Positions 37,845 to 47,507 of a DNA stretch of 64,000 bases are shown here, one piece after another. A model generated the notes under the pieces. It made no database searches. It was not told where the DNA came from and saw only the letters and a list, made by a program, of their open reading frames with translations. The first letter of the stretch is position 1; each line of letters starts with the position of its first letter. The DNA is taken from positions 1 to 64,000 of the forward strand of contig JANQJS010000063.1 in assembly GCA_028281535.1 (NCBI GenBank), given 5' to 3'. The stretch is from Sedimentisphaerales bacterium (lineage in GTDB: Bacteria > Planctomycetota > Phycisphaerae > Sedimentisphaerales > SM23-30). The position numbers and the translations under genes are program-made.

Positions 37845-38305
37845 GCCCTAGTATTAGATTTAATAATTCCTTCATAATTTTCAATAAATTTTTTGACTGT
37901 TATTTTCTTGATGGTTTTTCCGATTAACTCGAGCGGTAAATTTTCCAGTTTTTTAAAGCGTATGCAGGACTTGCCCATATCAAGTTTTTTACCGCTTTTC
38001 TTAAGTTCACCCATAAACCAATCCATCAAAGACTCATCGGTATAGATACAAAAAAGATACAGGGACATGTAATTTTTCTGGCTGGCAAGATGAACAAAAG
38101 GAAGCGGTTGTTTTTGGTCGCAATGATACCCATCAGGGTAAATTGAATGAGGCACATAATAACCAATCATTCCATACTGCATCCCCTCTTTATATCCTTT
38201 GGGAAGATTTTTTAGAATGACCTGACGAACCACCTCAATGGCCTCACAACGCCCATCAGGAAGCTCTTTAAGATAGTTCTGAACTGTCTTTGCTTCACTT
38301 CGCAT
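37835..38305 (-). CDS. DUF1801 (YdhG-like) domain protein
   Basis: 156 aa with a typical DUF1801-like sequence and length. Confidence 0.5.
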   Translation of the reverse strand: MRSEAKTVQNYLKELPDGRCEAIEVVRQVILKNLPKGYKEGMQYGMIGYYVPHSIYPDGYHCDQKQPLPFVHLASQKNYMSLYLFCIYTDESLMDWFMGELKKSGKKLDMGKSCIRFKKLENLPLELIGKTIKKITVKKFIENYEGIIKSNTRAKK

Positions 38306-38362
38306 TCATATATTATAGTCAAGCAATCGATAGGGTGCAATCTGAATGCGATGAGTGAAAAA

Positions 38363-39247
38363 CTAAGCGGGTTGGCGTTTTTCCTCTGAACTTGAATTAT
38401 CGCCCTTCACTTCCATATCCTTTTTCGAAAAATGCATTTCAGACGGTGGAGAATCCTGACGCTTGGCACCACGCACCAGAAAGTGAAGAATGTGGCTACG
38501 CAATTCAACATATTCTTTCGAATCGATGAGCTCTTCACGTGAGCGTGGACGAGGAATATTCACTTCAACAATCTCAGCCAGCTCCGCATCAGGGCCATTG
38601 GTCATGAGTGCAATTCGATCCGATAGTAAGATCGCTTCATCCACATCATGGGTCACCATAAAAACCGTACTTTTGGTCGCATTCCACATACGCACCAATT
38701 CTTCTTGAATGGCCCCGCGAGTCAAGGCGTCAATCTGGGCAAACGGTTCATCCAGTAATAGAATTTTGGGTTCAACGGCAAAAGCACGTGCCAAGCCGAC
38801 ACGCTGTCGCATACCGCCAGAAAGAAAAGCGGGCTTTTTAGATTCGGCACCACCCAGGCTCATCATATCGATATATTTTTGAGTCCAATCTTTAATACGA
38901 TCAGGACTCCAATCAGGATGAGCGGATTTTACCGCCACCCTGACATTTTCAAAAGTACTGAGCCAGGGCATCAACGCAAAACTCTGGAAGACCACCATAC
39001 GATCAAGCCCAGGTTTAGTAATAAGATTGCCATCCAGTATGACACCACCATTGCTGGGCTCATCAAACCCAGCCATGATATTTAATAAGGTACTCTTACC
39101 ACAACCGGAATGACCAATCATGGTTAAAAATTCACCTTGTTGAATCTCAAAGTTTACTTCTTTAAAAACCGTAAAGGTTTGCCCTTTATCGGGACCATCC
39201 AAAACAGGAAACGTTTTGGACACATGATCAACTTTTAAAAATGACAC
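38363..39247 (-). CDS. ABC transporter ATP-binding protein of the nitrate/sulfonate/cyanate (NrtD/CynD-like) family
   Basis: 294 aa with Walker A GHSGCGKST, signature LSGGMRQRVGLARA and Walker B LLLDEPF. Confidence 0.85.
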   Translation of the reverse strand: MSFLKVDHVSKTFPVLDGPDKGQTFTVFKEVNFEIQQGEFLTMIGHSGCGKSTLLNIMAGFDEPSNGGVILDGNLITKPGLDRMVVFQSFALMPWLSTFENVRVAVKSAHPDWSPDRIKDWTQKYIDMMSLGGAESKKPAFLSGGMRQRVGLARAFAVEPKILLLDEPFAQIDALTRGAIQEELVRMWNATKSTVFMVTHDVDEAILLSDRIALMTNGPDAELAEIVEVNIPRPRSREELIDSKEYVELRSHILHFLVRGAKRQDSPPSEMHFSKKDMEVKGDNSSSEEKRQPA

Positions 39248-39276
39248 CCTATACTCTCCTAACTATAAGTCTTGGA

Positions 39277-39744
39277 TTACCATTTACGGTATGGCAGGAA
39301 TTTTCCATCGTAGGTAATCACAACACGATCGCCTTTGGGGTCTTCTTTTTTACTAATATCAATTTCAAAATCAATGGCACTCATGATGCCATCGCCAAAT
39401 TTTTCATGAATCACAGCCTTCATGGTTGTGCCATAGACCTGGGTGATTTCATGAAAACGATAAATCAATGGATCGGCAACCACGGCATCATCCAGGCTTC
39501 CTTTAAGCGGACAGATTTGCAAAATCTCAGCAACTTCATCCCCTAAACCAAGAAATTCAACTAACGCTTTCGCATTATCTTCTAACATACTATTTTGACC
39601 AAAAATGACGGATGTAACCCAAACTTCATGACCACCCACCGCTTCGGCAATCTCAGCAAAGGTCACGCCTTTTTCTTTTTTGGCTTGTAAAATCAACTCT
39701 GTAGCTTTTTCATGTGTGATACAAGAAAGTGTTTCTGATGACAT
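39277..39744 (-). CDS. cynS: Cyanate hydratase (cyanase) CynS
   Basis: 155 aa, collinear with E. coli CynS (...FAEIA...YRFHEITQVYGTTMKAVIHEKFGDGIMSAIDF...ITYDGKFLPY). Confidence 0.85.
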   Translation of the reverse strand: MSSETLSCITHEKATELILQAKKEKGVTFAEIAEAVGGHEVWVTSVIFGQNSMLEDNAKALVEFLGLGDEVAEILQICPLKGSLDDAVVADPLIYRFHEITQVYGTTMKAVIHEKFGDGIMSAIDFEIDISKKEDPKGDRVVITYDGKFLPYRKW

Positions 39745-39774
39745 TGATTTCTCCTTACTATTTCTAATTAATTC

Positions 39775-40674
39775 TTACATTTCTGGGTAGGTCACCAATT
39801 TGGCCACTCGGCTGAACGCATAATCGAGTACCACACCTACAACCCCAACAACAATAATCGCAAAAATAACCCCGCTAATATCAAGGTTATTCCATTCAAT
39901 CCAACTTAAATAACCAATCCCCAGTTCACCCAACAACATTTCTGCTGGAACCACGGCCACCAGGGCACTGCCAAACGAAATACGCAGCCCAGCAACAATC
40001 GCAGGAGCAGCAGCAGGCAAAACAACTTTAAAAAGCCGACGAAAATATCCCATCTCCAAAAGACTGGCCACGCGCAAATAATCTTTTCGCATCGTGCTGA
40101 CACCGAACGCTGTGTTTGCAACGGTCGGCCACAATGACGCCATAAAGACAACTAATATGGCTGTCCACGTTGGATCCTGAACGCTATACAAAAGTAGCGG
40201 CATCCAAGCCAATGGCGAAATGGGTTTCAGTGTTTGTATAAATGGGTTCAACGCCAGGAATAATTTTTTATTCAATCCAATGATGACACCTAATACCACA
40301 GCAAAAATAGATGCGGCTAGAAAACCAATCGCAAAACGCTTTACGGTATACCATACCAAATGACCAATACCATGATCGTTGGTACCCTTTTTGTGAAAGA
40401 TCTCTTTTAGTTCCGATTTTGTTTTATCGAAAACTTTAGCAGGTCCAGGAATGCCAATCGGTTTATCAGGATTATAAATATAATTGCCAGCGTCATCCTG
40501 TATGATGTCACCATTAAATTCCATGGTCATGAGTTCATTCTCGGATAATCCTGTCGAATCAAAGTCCGGCTGCTGGGTCAACCCATGCCAAACCAATATA
40601 AACACCAGGAAAAATCCCAGCGACATAAACACAGGCCCATAATCGAAACTTTTAATCTTATCAACTAGTGACAT
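39775..40674 (-). CDS. ABC transporter permease (NrtB/CynB-like)
   Basis: 299-aa multi-TM protein with an ABC-2 permease signature region (PLAWMPLL...ALWPTVANTAFG). Confidence 0.8.
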   Translation of the reverse strand: MSLVDKIKSFDYGPVFMSLGFFLVFILVWHGLTQQPDFDSTGLSENELMTMEFNGDIIQDDAGNYIYNPDKPIGIPGPAKVFDKTKSELKEIFHKKGTNDHGIGHLVWYTVKRFAIGFLAASIFAVVLGVIIGLNKKLFLALNPFIQTLKPISPLAWMPLLLYSVQDPTWTAILVVFMASLWPTVANTAFGVSTMRKDYLRVASLLEMGYFRRLFKVVLPAAAPAIVAGLRISFGSALVAVVPAEMLLGELGIGYLSWIEWNNLDISGVIFAIIVVGVVGVVLDYAFSRVAKLVTYPEM

Positions 40675-40690
40675 TACAACCCCTCGATCA

Positions 40691-42124
40691 TTAATTTAAA
40701 TTATTAATTGGGAAACTATTCATATATTCTTCAGGTTTTTTCGGATCGAACTCTTTACCCATAATCACATGTTTACGATAGGTTTTTCCATTCTTACTGT
40801 AACCAAGTTCTTCGATAAGTTCATCACACTCGCTAGCAAGATAGACTTTTTCAGCCACTTTGTGATAATCAAATTCACCTTCAACATGTTTCCAACGTTT
40901 CATCTGGGTCAGAATCCAAACCGCCATGGAGTGCCATGGGAATGGATCAAAATCAATACGATCAGGTACATTCTGAATGCCACCCAAACCATCCGCAAAT
41001 TTACCTGTCAGAACTTGCTGCAAGACAATCTCCGGTTGATTCAAATAATTCTTAGGAGCAATCGCCTTTGCAATCGCTTTTCGATTCTTTGGATCTGAAG
41101 AATAATGAGTCGCATCGACAATGGATTTGAACAAGGCCAGGAAAGTATTTGGATATGTTTTCGTAAACTCTTCCGAGATCGCAAATGCACAACATGGATG
41201 ACCATCCCATATTTCTTTTGTTAACTTATAGATAAATCCAACATTTTCATATATCGCACGCTGGTTAAATGGATCGGGTGCCAAATAACCATCCACATTT
41301 TCTGCTTTCAGGTTAGCAACCATCTCTGGTGGAGGCACAACACGAATTTGAACATCTTTATCAGGATGCACGCCGCCTTCTGCCAGATAATAACGCAGCA
41401 GGTAATTATGCATGGAATACCTAAAGGGAACACAAAAACGAAACCCCTTCATATCCTTTGGACCTTTAACGCCTTTGTGTTTTTTGTGAAGCGTGATTGC
41501 TTGACCATTAATATTTTCAACCGCAGGCATAAAGAAAGGAACCTTCTTAGAGCCAGCCCCCAATGAAATCGATAGTGGCATCGGACTAAGCATATGTGCG
41601 GCATCCACATCTTTGTTAATGGCCCAGTCTCTGACCATCGCCCAACCAGACGCACGCCGCACTTTGGCATTTAAGCCATGCTTTTTGTAAAAGCCCATGG
41701 GCTCAGCCATGATAATCGGCGTGGCACAAGTAATAGGTATAAACCCAATTGATAAGTCCTTCTTCTCAATATTTTTAACCGGATCTGCTGCCAAACTCTT
41801 AGCCATGTCCATCGGAAAGAAACTAGCAATCATGGCTGCGGCAGCACCTTTACCTACCGTACTGATAAATTTACGACGATGAATCGGATTAGGAAAAATG
41901 GCATTCATCACTGCATTTTCAACAACCTGATCCATAATCTCTTCTGTATTGGGACCCGATTGAGAAGACGCTTTTTCAGCAACACTTTCATGCTCACAAC
42001 TTTCATTATGCACATGATCTTTTGTACATTTGCTATGGTCATGCGAAAATTCCAGTCCTTTAAAGTCACTGGATTGATGCGATTCAAAATCTTTTTTAAC
42101 TTCTTTATCGTGACAGTCAGACAT
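40691..42124 (-). CDS. ABC transporter periplasmic substrate-binding protein (NrtA/CynA-like) with a twin-arginine signal. The annotated start adds a ~60-aa His/Cys/Asp-rich N-terminal extension, and an internal start is possible.
   Basis: 477 aa. HRRKFISTVGKGAAAAMIASFF is a Tat-type motif, but it starts only at residue ~80. The upstream stretch MSDCHDKEVKKDFESHQSSDFKGLEFSHDHSKCTKDHVHNESCEHE resembles a metal-binding tail. A GGAGG RBS precedes the first ATG. Confidence 0.75.
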   Translation of the reverse strand: MSDCHDKEVKKDFESHQSSDFKGLEFSHDHSKCTKDHVHNESCEHESVAEKASSQSGPNTEEIMDQVVENAVMNAIFPNPIHRRKFISTVGKGAAAAMIASFFPMDMAKSLAADPVKNIEKKDLSIGFIPITCATPIIMAEPMGFYKKHGLNAKVRRASGWAMVRDWAINKDVDAAHMLSPMPLSISLGAGSKKVPFFMPAVENINGQAITLHKKHKGVKGPKDMKGFRFCVPFRYSMHNYLLRYYLAEGGVHPDKDVQIRVVPPPEMVANLKAENVDGYLAPDPFNQRAIYENVGFIYKLTKEIWDGHPCCAFAISEEFTKTYPNTFLALFKSIVDATHYSSDPKNRKAIAKAIAPKNYLNQPEIVLQQVLTGKFADGLGGIQNVPDRIDFDPFPWHSMAVWILTQMKRWKHVEGEFDYHKVAEKVYLASECDELIEELGYSKNGKTYRKHVIMGKEFDPKKPEEYMNSFPINNLN

Positions 42125-42185
42125 GTTTATCCTCCAAGATATAATTTTAATGGTAGGTATTTAACTAATAATCTAACTAGCTCGT

Positions 42186-42201
42186 TGCAAATGAAGTGCC
42201 A
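42186..42201 (-). promoter_or_regulatory. Consensus sigma-54 promoter (TGGCAC-N5-TTGCA) for the cynA-like/cynB-like/cynS/ATPase operon
   Basis: The minus strand reads TGGCAC TTCAT TTGCA, about 60 nt upstream of the ATG at 42124. Confidence 0.7.
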
Positions 42202-42395
42202 AAAGAAAATAATTTTGGACAGACCAAATCCGCGATTTTTGATTTATGTATAACGGCCAATAGTTTAAGAAGTTAATTATTAGTTAAAAAAAATTCAGGT
42301 GATAAGATGAGTAAATTTTCATCCTACATAAATGGAGTTGTTTATACACTATCACTACTAAACGGTATTGTTTTGAACGTTCTTCTAAAGGCGAT

Positions 42396-42971
42396 TTATT
42401 TTCGTTTTGCAGCATCAACAGAATACGTTGGATCTGCTCCATCCCAATTGACATCTCCACTTGGCCCATAAATCGCCGGAACATGCGAATCACTTAATCG
42501 CAAATACAATTGCATTTGCGTTCTGTGATGCGCGGTATGTAAAACGCGTCGCCAGAAAATCCAAATACGCTCTCGCTCTAAACCGAAAAAAGGTTGTTCT
42601 TCATGCCACCACGCATGATTAGCATTCGCAAGCTGAGGTAATCGATGATGTATTTGTTCTAAATATTTTTCAATATAGTTTTTTACTTCAGGTTTCTCAA
42701 CTTGCGGCAATAACGTCTCTACGTCCATTTCTTGGGTACCTACAAATTGAGCAAAGAAACGTCTTTCGCTTAATAATTGATGCTTCATGATGGTTTGTAT
42801 GTCATTAGACTTTTCATGCGGCTTAAATCCCAAGAGGGAATTTGGCACTGTTCGCCAAATAGAAACCACTTTATTTGCTTCACTGACATAGGTGTCTATA
42901 AGATATTGGTATTGGCTATCTACTGCCTGCGGTATTTGTTTTTCGGCAATAGCGATATAATCATACTGCAT
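42396..42971 (-). CDS. DinB/YfiT-like (DinB_2) four-helix-bundle metal-dependent protein
   Basis: 191 aa with His-containing helices (HQLLSERRF...HAWWHEEQ...HTAHHRTQ). Confidence 0.5.
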   Translation of the reverse strand: MQYDYIAIAEKQIPQAVDSQYQYLIDTYVSEANKVVSIWRTVPNSLLGFKPHEKSNDIQTIMKHQLLSERRFFAQFVGTQEMDVETLLPQVEKPEVKNYIEKYLEQIHHRLPQLANANHAWWHEEQPFFGLERERIWIFWRRVLHTAHHRTQMQLYLRLSDSHVPAIYGPSGDVNWDGADPTYSVDAAKRK

Positions 42972-43523
42972 GATCGTTCTCCAGAATCAAATCCAATTAG
43001 AATTTAAAATTCAAAACACCTCCATTAGGATAGATATAGAATTTATCAAAGTAAATATATTTAAATAATTTTTAAACTTTTAATCATCAGAATTCATTTG
43101 GATACGATCTGTAAAAACTAAAATTGTTAATATTGGTATTTACATAAAAGGGGGCGATCGCCTTGCGAAAGACAATCGCCACAGGACATCCTGTAATAAA
43201 CCATTGGATCTATCACGACTGCCCTTCCCCAACCATCATTTTATTCGACCTAAGAACTCCGACAGCAAACCTCAATGTCCTTGCGACAAGTTGAGGTCGC
43301 TGCCAGGAGGTAGGAAGTTCTTTCATCCATCACGACATTACAAATCCGGTTCCAAAGGAAGCGATTCGTTTCCAATACAACCGCGGCGAATAAAAGCTAT
43401 CTCGACCGACCCGATCCCAAGAGTTCCTATTCCTTGTTATTACCTATCCCTTCACAACATGTAGACGTAGCGCCTCCGGGCTCATAACCATAAATTTGTT
43501 TGAGTTTTTACGTTTCACCCGAC

Positions 43524-43568
43524 AATAAAAAAAGCCTTCCGGGAAGTCTGTTACCCGAAAGGCTTTAT
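43524..43568 (-). terminator. Strong bidirectional rho-independent terminator
   Basis: A10-GCCTTCCGGGAAG...CCCGAAAGGC-TTTAT. The minus strand has a hairpin followed by T7+. Confidence 0.7.
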
Positions 43569-43853
43569 GATCTCAAGTCTATCATAAAAACGTCTCTAAG
43601 CAACTCCTTCCATCATCATACCAATCTGGTGTGATGGTTGAAGCAAACAAGCATTGCAAATCATGCAGCAAAACTTATTCATATGTTGTTGACTTAAATG
43701 GATCATAAATTCCTTTCGACGTTTCTCTCGTAACTTCACTCGAAATCTTATCATATCCAATAATAAAAGTTTGTCAATAGATAATTTTAGTATAAAAAAA
43801 AGGCCCGGCAATATTTTGTTGCCAGGCCTCGTAAATCAAGACAATGATTAAAA

Positions 43854-45332
43854 TTAACAGCCAGGTTCGCTGCAACCTAACCAATCACCTGCAAAGATAG
43901 CAAAATCAGCAACATCGACAAGACAATTCGTATTATAGTCAAGGACGTTATATTCTAAAGCTCCGCATTCGTCTTCTGTGATCGAAACATCTACAGGATC
44001 TGGAGCCGCCGTAAAATCAACATCACCAACTTGTGACAATCCAGTTACTGCAGTGGTTGGTGTAGGAGCGCCTGAACCAGGTTCATCACCACGAAACTCA
44101 TCATCTTGAACCGCGGTTAAGGTAACGGTTTGAGGTATATCCCAACCTGAATTACCAAAAGTCAGAACATTTGGATCAGCTGTAAAGAATGGAGCATTTG
44201 GATCTTCGAATCCATCATCAATTGTAACGGTAATCACCGCCCCTAAAGATGGCTGAGAATTCAATGAATAAACCAATGTTCCTTTGTGTTCTACTTCTGT
44301 ATCCAATTCGTTCAATTCAGTATCGACGGCTTCAACAAACACACATCCTGTTTCATCATCAATGACTTCAACCGTTAATGGACATTGAGCCACACCATTG
44401 AAGTGCGCATCAGACGTTGATGCGACAACCGCTTGAAATGTAAATGATTCAGAACAGGCTTCAAAATTCGTATCGTCAAAGGCATCAACAGCAACTGTCT
44501 GAGGCGTTTCCCAATTCGTATCAGTAAACGTTAACACTTTTGCGACAGTCGCACCATCAAAAGAAATCTGAGTGGTATTTGGGTCCAAAGTCACTGTGAC
44601 AGAGCCTAAGGCTGAAACAGTACCAACACCGGAATCAAGAGCAATAACTAAATTCGTTGCTGTGCCACCTTCGGTTTCAGTGATCGAATCAGGCGTGGCC
44701 GTTGCAACAACATTCAATCCAGGGTTTCCACTGTGCTGTACGTCAATGATAACTTCATCAATACAGGTACTTTCAGGTAATTCTTCCATAAAAACTTGAA
44801 CGGTATCACAACCAGCTCCAGCTTCAACAAACGTTTCAACTGAAATAGTGAAAAATCCATCTCCATGATCTGTTATACCTACGGAAGTTAAGTCGTCACC
44901 TTCGCTACCACCACAAAAGACAAAACTTGGACTCTCGAAAGTTTCAGTGGCCACTTCAATACCAGTAAAAGGTAATTCTGCCATGGTTGAAGTAATTTGA
45001 AAACGAATAATCACACCTTCTTTACCTGTCGCAAGATTAGTCAATGCGAAACGAACAAGTTCTCCGGCAACAACGCCGCTGCGTGAACCAGAAGTGCATG
45101 CATCTTCGCCAAATTCTTCAAGCGTACCGGCGGTCACAGATCCAGAATCAGGTCCAGACGTCACGCCATCATTAAACGTTCCAGAATCATTAAAATCATA
45201 TGTCGCAGTCACGCTACCGGTAGAACCGCGCCATGTTGGAATATATACATCATCAGCATATGCGGGCAAGGCATAAAAGAGACATGCCACACCCAATAAT
45301 ATTGTCATTTTTTTCATGTTATTTATCTCCAA
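43854..45332 (-). CDS. Secreted protein with a dockerin-like C-terminal segment (paralog 1)
   Basis: 492 aa. Signal peptide MKKMTILLGVACLFYALPAYA. The C-terminus DECGALEYNVLDYNTNCLVDVADFAIFAGDWLGCSEPGC is dockerin-like (D.N.D..V...DF). It is a paralog of the next gene. Confidence 0.7.
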   Translation of the reverse strand: MEINNMKKMTILLGVACLFYALPAYADDVYIPTWRGSTGSVTATYDFNDSGTFNDGVTSGPDSGSVTAGTLEEFGEDACTSGSRSGVVAGELVRFALTNLATGKEGVIIRFQITSTMAELPFTGIEVATETFESPSFVFCGGSEGDDLTSVGITDHGDGFFTISVETFVEAGAGCDTVQVFMEELPESTCIDEVIIDVQHSGNPGLNVVATATPDSITETEGGTATNLVIALDSGVGTVSALGSVTVTLDPNTTQISFDGATVAKVLTFTDTNWETPQTVAVDAFDDTNFEACSESFTFQAVVASTSDAHFNGVAQCPLTVEVIDDETGCVFVEAVDTELNELDTEVEHKGTLVYSLNSQPSLGAVITVTIDDGFEDPNAPFFTADPNVLTFGNSGWDIPQTVTLTAVQDDEFRGDEPGSGAPTPTTAVTGLSQVGDVDFTAAPDPVDVSITEDECGALEYNVLDYNTNCLVDVADFAIFAGDWLGCSEPGC

Positions 45333-45430
45333 TTATCGTTTTTCTCCACTCATTGAATTGAGCTATCAAATTCAAATGAGAATGTAACATTATTAACCTT
45401 TAAATACGTTTTAATCTGAACTCATTATGT

Positions 45431-47023
45431 TTATAGACAATTCGCGACATCGGGTTCAGTACAATCAGCCCATTCACCTGCGAAAAGTGAGAAATCTAAC
45501 AGATTCACATAACAATCGAAGTTAAGGTCGTTGGTAATGAATGGAAATTCACCACATTCATCTTCAATCATACTCACTTCAACTTCAGGAACAGGGTTGT
45601 AAGCATTCGGATCAACATCGCCTGAAGATGCGCCAGTAATAAATGGATCCACAAATTCTAAGAATTCTTCATCTGGAATCGCTTTAATGGACACCGTTTG
45701 TGGCACACTCCAGTTGCCTGAATTAAAGGTTAAGGTTTCAGGATCTAGTTCTGAAACAGCATTTTCATCGGTTAATGTAATAACATTATCGCTACCAATT
45801 GGTGGACGATTTAAAACATAGGCTACACTCGCGATTGTTCCATTTGGATCCAATTCGTTTATTTCTAATCCTTCATCAGAAATCACAAAAACACAGCCAA
45901 CTTCGTCATCAATCACTGTTACCAAATCAGCTTCATTCTGTGTAGCTCCATTCAAATCTACATTTGCGTTTGGATCACTTAAACTAACAGAGAAGTTAAT
46001 TGAAAACAGTTCAACACAATTAACGTTAGGTTCAATTTCGACATCATCATTCACTTCAACGGTAACCACTTTAGGTGTATTCCAGTTGCTATCATCAAAC
46101 GTCAATGTGATTGATTCACCAAACCCGCCACTGTTCATTTTAAAATCAGCAGTATCATTAGGATCTGGGGAAATCGTTATTGTCGCAATGGCGCCATTAA
46201 GTGATCCGAGATTTTCATTAGGATCGGTATTCATCTGAACCGTAAATGTATCTGTCACAAGTGGCGTTGCTTCTGAAACAGAGACACCATCGCCAGCATC
46301 AACAACAACAGGAGGTTTTTCAAGTGGTGGAGGAAATTCACCTTCAAAATAAATAACATCGACAATGACTTGATCAATCATTATATCGTCAACAACACCT
46401 TCAAGTCCGATCAAAATATTGGCACATTCAGAGATAGCCGCTTCGGAAGTTGTTATCAAATGAACCGCCGTTGTAAAAAACCCATCGCCATGATCAACTT
46501 CATCTAGAAGCTCGATCGAATCCTCAGCTAACAAAGAAACATTCCCAGTTCCAGCTCCTTCAATAATACCTAAGGCACAAAATTCTTCTTCAATCGTATT
46601 AGAATTTGTCGCTTCCATAAAAACGGCAAAAACATCTTCATTAAGATATTGGGCATTCCATGTGATTTGAAAAACAACAGAAGCACGTTCGCCTTCTTTG
46701 GCCAGGTTCGAAGACAGGAATACTGCAGCACCATTGGTGACGCCAACACCGCTGCGACTATCAGCCGTTACAGCAGTATCACCAGGGCCAATAATACCGT
46801 AGCCCGTGAGAACTTCAGCTTCTTCATCAATCAACGTTTGAGACAATGTGACAACATCAGCCTCTAATGTATCAATGGCAGCCTGGGTATCATAATTCCA
46901 AATCACTCGATAAGAACGACCTGTTGACAAAAAAGCAGGTTCAATAACATCCTCTGCTAATGCGAGATTTGCTGTGCTGACAGTTAATAATGATGCCAGC
47001 AGCAACGACCATATCTTTTTCAT
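45431..47023 (-). CDS. Secreted protein with a dockerin-like C-terminal segment (paralog 2). The likely start is the internal ATG at 47021-47023 (MKKIWSLLLASLL...); the six-frame ORF extends to 47221.
   Basis: The signal peptide begins at the internal Met, which is preceded by a GGAG RBS. The C-terminus EDECGEFPFITNDLNFDCYVNLLDFSLFAGEWADCTEPD parallels paralog 1. Confidence 0.65.
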   Translation of the reverse strand: MKKIWSLLLASLLTVSTANLALAEDVIEPAFLSTGRSYRVIWNYDTQAAIDTLEADVVTLSQTLIDEEAEVLTGYGIIGPGDTAVTADSRSGVGVTNGAAVFLSSNLAKEGERASVVFQITWNAQYLNEDVFAVFMEATNSNTIEEEFCALGIIEGAGTGNVSLLAEDSIELLDEVDHGDGFFTTAVHLITTSEAAISECANILIGLEGVVDDIMIDQVIVDVIYFEGEFPPPLEKPPVVVDAGDGVSVSEATPLVTDTFTVQMNTDPNENLGSLNGAIATITISPDPNDTADFKMNSGGFGESITLTFDDSNWNTPKVVTVEVNDDVEIEPNVNCVELFSINFSVSLSDPNANVDLNGATQNEADLVTVIDDEVGCVFVISDEGLEINELDPNGTIASVAYVLNRPPIGSDNVITLTDENAVSELDPETLTFNSGNWSVPQTVSIKAIPDEEFLEFVDPFITGASSGDVDPNAYNPVPEVEVSMIEDECGEFPFITNDLNFDCYVNLLDFSLFAGEWADCTEPDVANCL

Positions 47024-47507
47024 AGTAATTTCTCCATGACCTGTAAATAAAATTTTCTCCGCTCTCCTGATTGTTACAGGAACCAACCAGACAGAGAATC
47101 TTAACACACCATTTAAAGTGTCAAGACGTACCAAAAAACATAAACAACACACACACATTAGTCTTGTTTCGTCATTTACCTTACGAACTCTACTCTTTGG
47201 AAAATTCCGACCTATACACACTAGTTTTTAATAGGCTTAAGAATATTTCTCCAAGTCTCCGATTTATCTAAAGCATGCTCTGCCAGGCAAAATTAGTGTG
47301 TTGCCCGACAGAGCACTAAAACTCTATGCAAACTAGTTATTCCTTATTCATATCAAACATGAACACCTTTTAAAGGATGTGACATGACGTCCATATCACA
47401 TCCTAGTAAGTAATGTATCTAAATTCATAGATACGAAGTGTGAACCAATTATATGGCAGAACTCTGAATGAACAGAGCCCTGCCGTCGTGTAGAAATATA
47501 TATCCAT

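Noticed and set aside
43204-43811. Two short ORFs (86 aa and 71 aa) in the intergenic region between the DinB-like and dockerin-protein genes
   Set aside because: They have no Shine-Dalgarno sequence and low-complexity or odd composition. They overlap a terminator and a putative structured region, so they are more likely non-coding.
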